A stretch of 64,000 bases of DNA, from positions 12,278,001 to 12,342,000 of the forward strand of contig CM052818.1 of the NCBI GenBank assembly GCA_028534125.1, given 5' to 3'. Position 1 is the stretch's first letter. Every line of letters starts with the position of its first letter. The notes below the pieces were generated by a model. It worked only from the letters and a program-made list of their open reading frames with translations. It ran no database searches and was not told where the DNA came from. The position numbers and the translations under genes are program-made. Of the stretch, positions 52,214 through 64,000 are shown piece by piece. Source of the stretch: Lama glama (taxonomy: Eukaryota).

Positions 52214-55200
52214 TGTATTACATATTTTCTATCCTACCCTGGCTTCAAGATGGACCAGTCATGCCTAGGAATTATTGGACATTTGGATTTATTAACTTAA
52301 AACATACTTCCTGTAAACTCACACTTTGAAACTAATGTGGCTGCTGTTTCCTCACGCTTTCTAGAATTTGGATAATAATCATCTGAATACTAATCACCTA
52401 AAAAGGATTAAATAATATCCAAACATTAAATTCTAAATTCATTTTATGCTCATCTCATGTTTTTTTCTTTGTAAATTCCATATACTGCTCATCTTTTATT
52501 CTTCATTTCTATAGTGAAAAAATTTAAACTCTTAAATCTGATTAGCATTAATAATGTTACTACTAACTTCAGTTTTTGGAGTGAAAAGCCATTAGGGGGA
52601 AAATGGAACCTCAGTAAATTTCCTTCATTGAGGACTAAACCTCCTTAGTGGGGGAATCCAATCAGCCCCTAGTGAGGCTGTGATGTCCTCAAAATATACA
52701 AAACATAGGACAAGATAATTGAATTTGGCCTCTGGGGTTCCAAGAGTACCAATCCAGGAATGCCTGGTGTCCACCAAGGATCAGGACAAAATCTCCAGTC
52801 TTATAATTCACATAATCCCCATTTTTCAAGCCCTATCTACTTCTGCATTAGAATCCCAGAAATAGCACTCTTCAAGTAGTAAACACATACACACCACCCT
52901 CCTTTATTTTTTTAAAAGTAAACACAGTAAGGAAAGGATGGTCGTGCCATTTAACATTATTTCTTTTGTGTTATTACAACGGGAGCCTCCCAGCTAAATT
53001 TTGAGTTTCTGGCAAACATTGTGAGTCAAGAAATTCAACTCCTCTAGTTTAATAGGAACTTTGACTGACCCCTAGCTGTAGTGAGGCTTCTGAGGAGCTG
53101 TAATTAGGGTTCACAAGATGAAATCAGGCAATTCCTGTTAACATTTGGTTCGTCGAAGAAGTCTTTTGGGGGGAACAAACAGGAATGTATTAGAGTCTTA
53201 AAGTGAACATTAGAAACTAAACTTTCATCTTCTTTGATTATGTGGTAGAAAGGGTTAAAATTCTTTATGTAGATAACTGAAGTTTTATTATATAAGATGA
53301 CCTTAGGAACTGTCATCTCCCTTGAATTTATACAAAGAATTCAAAGTAAAGGTTTTCTAGGTTACACTTCTTTTTTCAACCCTTTGTCCTGTCAGCTCAG
53401 TCCTTGATATCTTCATCTGCCGACATGCCCAGATGTGCAGTGAATGTTGATTTGAGCTGGCCCCTCAACCCCTCCCTGCTGGTGTCATTAAAACCAGGGA
53501 GGCAGCGGCTCCCCTGGCATCTTTGGCACTGCTTGGCTTTACACTGCGGACTAAATTATTGATGAAGAGCACTTCTGTCGCAGTGTGTTTTACCCACCTT
53601 TAAATGAAACAGTGCGGATTGAGCTGTCACTGCCTCCTCACTCCCTGCAACTTCTACATGACATTTATGATGTGGTTCAGATTGCACCGAAGCAATTAAT
53701 TTCCAGTGGAGTCTGCACTCAGAATGAAGATCCCTGACAATTACCGAGGGCTGGCTTCTCAATGAGCACATGACACACTCATCAATACTGTACACAAAAG
53801 AAAAACATCAAAATATATGTAAAAGAGTCTCTGGGACTTGTGATCCTTTCCTCCTCCTCAGATCCTGTTCTGGATTCCAGGACTTTGCTTTCCTGGTGTG
53901 CATTTGGTTCTCCTGTGTATTTTTCTAAAAAGATGGGTGGACTTACCTTCCCAGTGTGTATTTTACAGATGCCTGTCAAAATATCATTAAATTTTTGGGG
54001 CTACAATATATGTTTATTCTAGATGGAACTTTTGTCTGCTTGTTTTTGCCAGTAAAATATTCTTTGATGTTTGCATTCAGTTCTTCCAGTGATTCTGGGA
54101 CCCTGATGTGTTTTTTGATTCATCCAATGAATGAAACAAGCAGCATATGTGTGCATATATGTGTGTCTCTTGTGTATGTATCTATGTACTTAAGTCTGTA
54201 TATGCATATGTGTGTGTATATATATGCATATTTTTCACAGGATACAATAAATATCTCCATGTATGTGAAATTTAATATTTGATCAGTTATAAAAGATTGT
54301 TTTGCCTATTTCTTTTAAAAAATTATAAAAATTCAGATTAACCTGGGGTAAAACAGTCTTTATTATTTAAAATTTTAAAAGATATGCAGCATTAATATTT
54401 TCTAGAACATGGGATGACATCAATCTAGAATAGTCATATAATTTAAAAAATCCTTAAAAGGATTTTCATGAAAAGATTTTAAAATATTTGTAATTAGCCT
54501 ACCTATTCTTCTGAAGGCTTGACTATAAATTCTCTTAAATATCTCTCCTGGCCTCCTGTTTGCAGTATCAATTCCTGTAGTCAACTTTTTCCTCATTGGT
54601 AGACTTCTGTTTTGTCCGAACTGCCTCATACCCTGCAAAGGTGTATTGTGAATTAATGAGTTTTTAATTTTTGACTTAGTTCTTATTGAAATACCAGTGC
54701 TCCCAAGCCAGCAGTTAAAACATAACAGGCAAAGTGGAGTCACTTTGTGCTGAGATGCTTCTGGGAAGCAGCTGCATCAGTGTTTATTGCAAAGACACCA
54801 TTTAGCTAGGCATTAAGGAATGAGGACTTCCAGTGGTAAACATCACACAGGATTCAGGAAACAGTTTGTGTACTAGGAGATTGTAGTTTGACAGGATATA
54901 TAACATGTCAACCAGATAATTGAGAATGACTCCAAGAAGCAACACTACAACCTTAATGAAAATCCAGCTACGGGTCAAAAGTCATTTTATATGCCATTAT
55001 TCACTCTCATGTGCCCCTGTCCTCAGTATGTACACACTTCCAACATTTGTCTGGTGAGGTGGACCAAAGGATGGGAGAATAAAGAATATTTGCTGCATTT
55101 CCCTAACTCAAATCTGATGTTTGCCAGCCCTGTTGAAATCAAGATATATAGAAGATGAAATATCTCTGCTTAGAATTCAGAATTTGATCTCGTTCTTCTT

Positions 55201-55594
55201 TAAGGCTATTTATCGTACTAAATCACCCTTTCTGTACTTCAAGAGATGATGGTTCAACAAGATAGATTTCAATACAGAAATCCCATTTTGGTATTACCTG
55301 CTCTTGCAGCCAAAATAATGTGTACGTTTCAGACAAAGAATAATATAGTCTATTTTTAGCCTATCATTTGGTCCAAACTTATACATTAAAAACAAACAAA
55401 CCCCAGATTCTTTTGATCAAGATGTTTGGGGCACACTAGTGCATATACTCATATATGTACATACACAAATGAGCTGATAACGGCAGTGCCCTTCAGAGAT
55501 CTTTTGAGTAAATTGTACCCTTTTTCACCTAAGAGATGTATGAGAAGATTTTGAGACATTGGAAAAAATTTTAATTATGATCTATCTAAAAATT

Positions 55595-55828
55595 AATAAT
55601 AATGCTACTTTTTTTTATAGCACTTACTGTATTTCCTAGCCACCTTGCAATGGCATTATCTCCTTGACTCCTCACAGCAACTTTTGAGACACTCATCATT
55701 CTCATTTGATAAGTGAAGAAAGCAAGGGTGTCTTCACGGTTATATGATTTCTCTAAGGGCACAGAGCCAGTTGGCAGCAGGGTCAGGATGCTCTCCTAGG
55801 TCTGCCTGACATCAAAGTCCAACCTCTT
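55595..55828 (-). mobile_element. MIR SINE
   Basis: tatagcacttact...ctcacagcaac...aagggcacagagccagt...ctaggtctgcctgac. Confidence 0.75.
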
Positions 55829-56611
55829 ATTGGTTTACTATGTTTGATTCTTTGGTGGGTAAAACTTACTCTTTGTTTTATGTGTCTTAATTTCTAAAAT
55901 TAGTTTTACTTATGCAGAAAAAGTTTAGTTAAGCGAGGCCAGTCACCAGTTCCATTTTAGTCTTTTTAGTTTGAATCTGGGGTCCATTCTTTGCCTTTCT
56001 CATATATTACAGGCAGTGGTGACCCTTTTCCTTCTACCAACGGATAATGAAAATATAATTAGCTGACACTTGCAAAACTGCACAGTGCACACTTCAATGT
56101 GTTTGCTAGACCTTTTTGATTTAGAGAAAAATGAAAGCAAAAAGTAGTAAGCTTAGATTATGTGGTTAGTTATATAAATGATTTACACTAAAATCCCACC
56201 ATTATTTAATATTCAGCCAACCAAACAAACTCTTTTACTCTGTATCTCCAATCAGTCATGGACCTATAAGACTTTCATTTTTCCTTCTCATTTAATAATT
56301 CCTTCTACCCACATTGTATCTCTTTGGCTCACTTATTTTGGGTCCTTGAATCAGACAACTGAAATTTTCTAAAATGATGTTCCTATGGTTTTCTAAAATG
56401 AATTTGGCAAAGAATTTGGGCCATCCAGTGAATCACCGTTACACTTGTGCTTCTCATTGGCCCACAGCCATTGAATTATGAATGGAATCTTTTCTTAATA
56501 GAAGGAGTTGTTAATATGAAGAATAAGTAAATGAATTCACTTGTTACAGGTAGAATTTCTGTCTATTTTAAGGAATGTAATATCTGTAAAAACAAAATCC
56601 TCATACATAAA

Positions 56612-56790
56612 GCAGTGTGATACAGTGGAAAGAGATGGAATCTGAGTTTGAAGACTGAATTTAAATCAGAGATACTTTACTTACTAGCATGATACTTCCG
56701 AGCAAATCAGATAACATCTGAAATTGTTACACCATCTGTCAAATGGGGATAACTTTACCTGACATTACCACTTCTTAGGTTATTGGAGTT
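56612..56790 (+). mobile_element. MIR SINE
   Basis: gcagtgtgatacagtggaaagag...acttactagc...catctgtcaaatggggataa. Confidence 0.75.
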
Positions 56791-56791
56791 T

Positions 56792-57160
56792 CAGTAGCCA
56801 AGATATGGAAACAAGCTAAGTGTCCATTGATGGATGAACAGATAAAGAAAATGTGGAATGTATGTGTATATGTGCGTGTGTTTGTACACACACACAATGG
56901 AATCTTATTTAGTCATAAAAAATCTTTCCGTTTGTATCAACATGGGTGTACCTGGAGGCTATGATGCTAGGTGAAATAAGTCAGACAGAGAAAGACAAAT
57001 ACTGAGTGATCTCTCTTATATGTGGAATCTAAACAAAAACAAAACAAATTCCCCCAAAAACTTTTTCAAGCTCATAGGTACAGAGAACAAAGAGATTGGT
57101 GGTTTACAGAGATGGGGGCCAAGGGGGTGGTAGATATGGGTAGAGGGAGTCTTAAAAAAG
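56792..57160 (+). mobile_element. L1 3' fragment
   Basis: tagccaagatatggaaacaagctaagtgtccattgatggatgaa...gtgaaataagtcagacagagaaagacaaatac. Confidence 0.9.
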
Positions 57161-57619
57161 TGAATTTTTTTATATTAAATTAGAGGACATTGAATTGGAA
57201 TCTTAATTTATGGAGTTTAGAGAATATGTTTTAATCCCAACAGCTAATTTCCAACAGTAATAAGTAACTAAACATGTAAGTTGAAAAGTTTTTCTACATA
57301 TAAGAAAAAATATAAAAGTTAACCCTTTTCTGTGCAGCTTTAATTAGAGGAAAGAAAGTAATAGAAAGACGAGAAAAGATGTCCAATAATATTATTCTGG
57401 TATATCTAGTGCTTCGTTGTATGCTTCATCACTTTGAAGTCGTTTAATCTCACTTATCTTTAATTCCCTTAAAAAGTGGGGATAATGTGTGTGGAAAACA
57501 TTTTCAATGGTAAGCTGTCAGACAGGTATCAAATCACCATTACTAGAACTCTTTCATATGCATTGTACAAAATATATCCATCTATAACATCAAGCTAAAA
57601 TAAGGAGGAAGTTGGACCA

Positions 57620-58095
57620 GTTTAGGATTGTGCTTAGCATTATAACGGAAAATTCAAATTAGATTGACTCAGGAAAGATAGAATTTATATTAAAGAAGAG
57701 CAGAAGTTGTAGTCCAAGGTAGTTATAGTGTCTCCATCCCGTCTTCAGGGATCCAGTCTCCTTCTGTCTTTCTGCTCTGTCACCTTTAGCTCATGGCTTC
57801 AGGCCTCAGTGTCACCTTACACCCTACCATTGACTGTTAGAGGTCTAATCATTACCTCTGTGTTCCAGGCAGGAAGTAGGAGAAAGAGGGGCAAAGGGCC
57901 AAAAGGGCCAAAATGTTGGACTAAGGGAAGGTCAGAAAGTTAGCCCTTTATAAACGATGTTCCTAGAGCACCCACCCCATGCTTGCTGCCTGTAATTTAT
58001 GGTGAGGCTGGGAAATGTTTTTTTCTAGCTGGGTAGATGCTGAAGTTCGTTTGGTGAATGACAAGGAGATCATGGATATCGCATAGGCAACCAGT
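57620..58095 (-). mobile_element. Old MaLR LTR (MLT1J/K/L-like)
   Basis: cagggatccagtctccttctgtctttctgctctg...tgttccaggcaggaag...gaggctgggaaatg. Confidence 0.55.
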
Positions 58096-58999
58096 TTCAT
58101 ATGCTTCAGGACTATATGTGATTTGTATTATCTCTGTCATAGACGATGTGGACTACAGTTCAAAGTCCATAGTTATTTGACATAATGGTGGTGATTTTTT
58201 AAAAACTGATAATAATTTTAGCCTATTGAATCCCCTTTGCCCTGAACATTTCCAGCCTGAATTTTTTTCCAGTTACTGTTTGTAATTTTACTGAGAATGC
58301 TTTGTGTAGAAAAATTGCATTTATGTTTTTTATTAGGTTATCTTGGTTACACTATAATCATGTTTGAATTAGGGTAACAAAGATGTATTATGAAGTAAGA
58401 ATCACCCCTTCTTCAGTTTTCTAGAAAATGATACAGATTTTTAAGAACCAGTTTTAATGTGGGATATTTGGGTAGTTCTTTCAGCCTTTGAAGAAGCCTG
58501 TGGTTGCTAGTAACTTTACCTGAACTTACTCTCTCAAAAGTGATTTCAGAAAAATCTTTAGAAACTCCGCCAAATAAAATGAGTCAATACAGATCAATGA
58601 ATTAATGCATGTAAATCAGTTTGAACAGTGTTTTGCTAAAAGTAACTTCTTCATGGCAGTAGCTTTATGTTGCATTAGTTTTAGTGTTAAAATGGCATTT
58701 ACTAATAAATATAATGATGCCTTTTAAAGAGAAGGAGTTAAAAAAAGATGGAAGGAAATACTTTCTCCTTCCGGGCTTCACAGGATAGAAAAACATTGAT
58801 CAATCTATACCTTATTTGATAATGAAGTTTCAAAAAAGAGCATTCAATCTATTTCCCCCTACCCCATTCTCCAAATTAAAAAAAAAATCAATATCCTTAC
58901 TGCATGGAGATATAATTAGGTAATGTGTAGAGAGCATAATTCTCCTTGTAGCATACATAATGGATATTGCCATGTTTTTGTTTGTTCAATATGTGAAGC

Positions 59000-59415
59000 T
59001 CCAGCCTCCATAGATTGAATTCCTCCTCTCTGTGAGTCTTAGTGGGCAGAATCTCACTTCTCACTGAAGACACTTGTAAGGTCCAGCATCTCCCCATTCT
59101 CAGTGACATGTCTGAGGTGCCACCAACTGGATGCTCTAACCTGGGATTTTGAATCTGGGTGATGACATAAAGATATTGAGCCTGTTGGGGGCCTGACCAT
59201 GGTGCTGGAGTGAAGTCAAGACCACCCCTGTAGTGTGACATGGTGGTGGTCTCTGATGACCTGCCCACCTACCTTTTATGGTTCCTATAGACTTTGCCCA
59301 GTAATTCTTCAATTGGCCCATCAATTCCACGAACCTCCGCATATCCTTCTAATAAATTCATTTTCGCTTTACGTTAACCAAAGCTGACTTCTATTACGTG
59401 CAACTGATCAACATG
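59000..59415 (+). mobile_element. Old ERVL LTR (LTR33/LTR16-like)
   Basis: ctgggattttgaatct; 3' end aataaattcattttcgctttacgttaaccaaagctgacttctattacgtgcaac. Confidence 0.55.
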
Positions 59416-59982
59416 CACCAAACTCTTGAGAACAAGAAATACTAAAAATGTAGGAAACATGAGAAAAGAGAGCGTCTTTTTGAGTGGACATTATAATTCA
59501 GTGAAATGGGGAAATATTAGAAGTAATAATTCTGCATTCGTTTTTCTCATCTTTTTCTGATTATTGTTTTAGAAACTGTGAAGGTCATCCGTAGTTTGGA
59601 AGTCCCTTTTTTGCCAATTGCTTGGTGTATTAAAAGTGTCATTTTCTCTGGTGTATTCAGGCAAACCCAAAGGATCTGCATCTATTTGTTTTATAAGTAT
59701 TGGTGGGAAAAAGCCCCAAATAAGTATTTCCTTTCAATTCTACAGGTAATGTGGTCAGTGTTCAAAATATGGGTGTCTTCTTTCCCATGAGAAAAAGAAA
59801 TAAGCTTTGGGTGGGTCTAAATGTTGAAACTTCTTCTTTTTCTGAGAATTAGAAAAGAACAGCTTTTTTGCTTTGCCAGGCAAAGGGAGTCAGAGTAGAT
59901 TAATGCCTTAAGAGACTGTAACCCCCTTGAACCTTCTTTTAATGACAGACTTTTCTGCTCAGAACGGAGGCAAGTGTTTTTT

Positions 59983-60028
59983 TGTTGTTATTGTTGTTGT
60001 TGTTGCTGTTTTGTTTTGTATTGTTTGT
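59983..60028. repeat. (GTT)n / T-rich simple repeat
   Basis: Read directly. Confidence 0.85.
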
Positions 60029-61349
60029 CATCCTGGCTGATTTTTCACTTTTGTTTGCTTTCTACAGGACAGCCGAGAGAGATTACTTTAACACTAATTA
60101 ATGTCAAACAGGCAAGTTGAACCAAATGCCTGAAGAATTTAGAGAATCATTCATTTGCTCTTAGAAAACATAACAAAATCTAGAAACATGTAGATAGCAT
60201 TATTATACTAATAAATATATAAGGGAATTTTCTTATTTAATCCAAATCAGTCTATTTAAGACAACTAGGGTTAAGCTCCCTTCCAGACAACATCTCCATT
60301 ACCTTGATGTGTTGGTAGCTGCAAAGAGTTATGTGTGAAATATTACCTGTAAGGGAAGCACTGTTCTTTCATAGACCTCTATTGTCTCTGAGCAAGCGAC
60401 CACAAGGGAGGAAGAGGGGACATGTGTCATATATGCAGAGCCAAGGTATAGAAGATTTATGACTTAGTGCATATTTAGATATAGTAGTGTTCTTGACCAA
60501 CCTGGCAAACTATCCTTGAATATGTCTAAGGTTTCACATTTTAAAAAAATACTTCAAAGAGAGAAAGAGACAAACAGTTATATACATGCTGTCTTTGAAC
60601 AGTGGGGTAGCATCCTCTGAATTCACAAACATATGACTGCTCATCATACTCTCTTGGGAGAGTGGTGTGGGAATTTCCATAGTTTGCTTTTGAGACACTT
60701 GATTCAAAGCCATTTACTGCTGTAATTCATATACCACTGGCTTAAGAGACACATGTCTCTAATATCAGTAAGCGCCTGTGTAGTAGCTTTGCTGAATTAA
60801 GGAAAAGAAGAAAATAGAATACAAAAGACAAGAACTTAGGGTCTCATTTGAGATGCGTCTTTGTACTTCAAAGTGCAGAATGACAGGACAGAGTGTCTGT
60901 TTGCTGCATCCTTTACCAGGGAGTTACGTGATTTATCTTACCCTGACTTGTGCTTGTTATAATCTCAAGTTTCTTTCTGGTTTGATGCCATAAAGTTCCC
61001 CCTGATTAGGAACAAGGTGAAGATGTTTTAGCGTTTCTCATCAAGGTGCTTGATTCTGAAGAGTTAATAGTTGATGGCTGGAGGAATTATTTTATTAAGA
61101 AATGAATGATGCAGAATGTTCTGGCAAAATGTCCTTTTTGTCTTCACGGAAGCTGCCTACACTTTGCCATGGGTACCTACTGAGTAGTTTACTTCCTAGC
61201 ACTAGCATTCTGCTGGTTGCAGCCTCTGTAGTGTGATACTGCTAGACTGGTATTTCCCCCTCTCTTGCTTCTCATGATCTTTTGATGGAGCTAATATTGC
61301 AAATAGTTCTGTTGATTTTATCCTTTCCAGATTTTTAAAACCCTGTGGC

Positions 61350-62240
61350 TTGTCCCTCCCACTTAGACCATTATCTAACTCTTGGGTTCAAAGAGTGAAT
61401 TTTCTGAGGTATGCATTGACTTCCAAATCTGCTCTGTACTGCGCTTAAGTTGCTATTCTTGGAGACGGTCCATCTTCCGAACTCTAAGAATTTTTGGCAG
61501 CATGGGAAACAAAGCCGAAAACCTTTGGAGTCATTCTTGGCTCTCCCTCTCATCCCCACATGCAGTCATTTGCTTTATCCTTTTGATTTCACCTTCTAAT
61601 GCCTCACACATCCCACCGATGCTACTTGTTTGGAGCATTACAAATACTCCTAACTGAAACCTTCATATCTTTTTCTACTGACTCCAAAGCTTATTACTGC
61701 TAGATTGAGGTTCTTAAAACATAGAAAACATAGATCTTCATCTCTTGACTCACTGATTAAAACAATTTATTACAGCCCCAGAGTCCCAGGTTTGTCTCCA
61801 GTTCTTCCCCTCCTGCTCCTGCCCTTGAGCTAATTGAGATACTTGATTTTCTCTGAACATTTTCTGTAATCTCCCACCTTTATGTTTTCATCCATGCTGT
61901 TAACCTCACACGAGAATGTTCTTTCTCTTCCTTGTTCCTCTTAAATATCTTAAGCCACCCTTTTGTCTTGACAATCCCAGGTAGCTTGTTGTAACCTCTT
62001 TCAGGAAGGCTTCCTGTCCACCTTCACCTCCTTCTCTGGATTCCCGCGGGTTTGTCACTAACAAGCCTATGCCGTCTGCTCTCGTCTCAGAGGGATTCGT
62101 GTGCTTCTCATCTTCCTTCCTCTGTTGCGACCTCTTCAAAGGCAAGAACTCCTTTTTCTTGTGTTTGTCTCTCCTACGTTTTCTAACTTGATGCATTTCA
62201 TATTGTAGGAGCTGAGATATTCATTAGATAGAATTTTTGA
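61350..62240 (+). mobile_element. L2 LINE 3' region
   Basis: aaaacctttggagtcattcttggctctccctct...ctcctaactg...ctctttcaggaaggcttcctg. Confidence 0.65.
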
Positions 62241-63626
62241 TGATCCAGGGAAAAAAGCACATTCTTTTAAAGTCACTTGACCTAATATTAACATAAAACT
62301 ACATGACTACTTTGTTTATTTTATGAGAATAGGTTTTCCATGAGGTCCCATCAGGCAAAAGTATTTGAAATGAAGCAAAAATATTAGACAACAGAGTCTG
62401 TTGTGGATTCAGTTTCTATCACACGCATATACCGAATGGTGCCCTTAGGTTATCTCTACTTGTGACCTACAAACCAGAATATAGCATGGTCCTTATAATA
62501 ATTTTGATCAGTTTTTTGATAGCAGAGACTTTGTTATGGGACCGTGTAGACTAAAAATGCTTTCTCACATATCACACACATTTTCCCCCTGTCTTTTGGA
62601 GGAAGAGTTGTTCCTGTGTCTTCCCATGATTAATGCCACCATCTGTGCATTTAAAAACCGAACCAAACAAAACCACATTCCTTTCTGTCTGTTCTGAGAC
62701 TTAGCACCATAAAGTCTTTCTTCTCTTACTAGTTTTAAATTCTTCCCCGTCCACTGTTTCCTTCCAGCGCCCCCCCCCCCCAATGTGCTCAAGTTTTTAC
62801 TTCAACCACAGTTTCCCTTGGTTACTATCATACTTTTGTTTTTTCCAGTGCCACCAAACTTCCTGAAGACCAAGTCTATCCTGGTTCCTCCAGTTCAGCA
62901 TTTGTTCACTATGGTCAGGTTCTATGTTATCTCCCCACTGATCCTTCTTTTGAAAAGATCTTTCACTTTGTATGTCTAGGCATCTCTTTTCGTTTCTAAC
63001 GCAAATTCTTTGTGCTATTTTGAGAAAACCAATCAACTCTTTCAGGAAATTCTTCTTCCTTCTGGAATACTACTTTCTCACGATCCTTTTCTTTCTCTTT
63101 TTTAGTTTTCCTTTAATATGTATGCAGCATTGACTAGGTGCACTGTGTTAGACACAATGAGGAAACAAAAGCATAGACTATAACTGTCTAAAATTTAGTC
63201 TCAGTAGACAGACAAGCTGTATATTATGCGTAAAACATTATATAATAAAGTTCTATAGTTCAAAATAATTCTTATTTTGAATGGCTCTAATGTTTGAGCT
63301 ATTATGCTAAGTGTCTTAACTGGTACTCCTTTATTCAGAGGTTCCTCCCTCAAATTTATGCTTCTTCTATAAGTAGTTGAATTTTTCTAAAATTCTAAAA
63401 TATACTTCTAAAATGAGTTGAATTTTCTAAAAATATCATGGAGCATAGTGTTCTTAAAAGTATTTTCAACGGTTCTTCGGTAGTGCCATAAAGTCAGACT
63501 GTTCAACAATATCACAGCTCTCTATATTCTTTTGATATGTCTCTAGTGTCCTTGGACTGCTTGCTGTTTCTTAAATGCCCATGAGGCATTTTGCTTGATG
63601 CCTTTTCACTGTATTATTTTCTTTGC

Positions 63627-64000
63627 TGTGGAAGGCTGTCTCTAACATGGCCCCAGTGATCCCTACCTCCTAGTGTTCATAGCCTTGTATAAGCCCCTCA
63701 CCTTGGGTGTGGGCTGGATTTAGTGAATTTATTATAATGAAAAGAATATGGCAGAACTTGCATGATGTCAACTCTGAGATTAGATTATAAATATTGACTT
63801 TCTGCCTCTGGTCAACTTGCTTTCTGTCTTTGTCTCTGTCTCTCTTATATCTCTCACCCTGAGGTGCCTTGTCAAGGTATCCCCATGGAAAGAACCACAT
63901 AGCAGTGGACTAAGGCTAACTAATATCCACGTGAATGATCTTGGAAGTGAAAACTTCCAGATGAGACTGCAGCTCCAGCCAACAGCTTGACTGCAGTCTA
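63627..64000 (+). mobile_element. MLT1F-like MaLR LTR (runs off the window end)
   Basis: tgtgg...atggccccagtgatccctacctcct...ttgggtgtgggctgga...cttccagatgagactgcagc...ttgactgcag. Confidence 0.85.

Noticed and set aside
1..64000. Naming the host gene, or known miRNA/snoRNA genes
   Set aside because: No exon or mature RNA sequence that I recognise; a BLAST/liftOver to human would be needed.

Overview
Mammalian, AT-rich, non-coding DNA, most likely from a camelid. The taxonomic call rests on a Vic-1-type tRNA-derived SINE at ~31.0 kb and cetartiodactyl-type L1 3' ends. I recognise no protein-coding exon, RNA gene or CRISPR array. The supplied ORFs are chance ORFs, low-complexity ORFs or L1 remnants. 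The window looks like a very large intron or a gene desert, and I cannot name the host locus. A large share of it is transposon relics (L1, L2, MIR, MER5/20/58, MADE2, MER21, MLT1, LTR33-like), identified by eye from recalled consensus features, so subfamily calls and boundaries are approximate. The best leads are: (1) a CpG-rich array of seven TTTGA(A/T)G motifs at 4909-5016 with a 15/19/15 higher-order period, resembling clustered TCF/LEF sites with GC-rich helper spacers; (2) a regulatory hub at ~33.4-36.6 kb with an orphan CpG-rich segment, a near-consensus CTCF site, a perfect NFI palindrome and a 12-bp exact echo of the array; (3) a 5'-inverted (twin-primed) L1; (4) several plus-strand recursive-splice-like sites and candidate cryptic exons. 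Functional interpretations are inferences.
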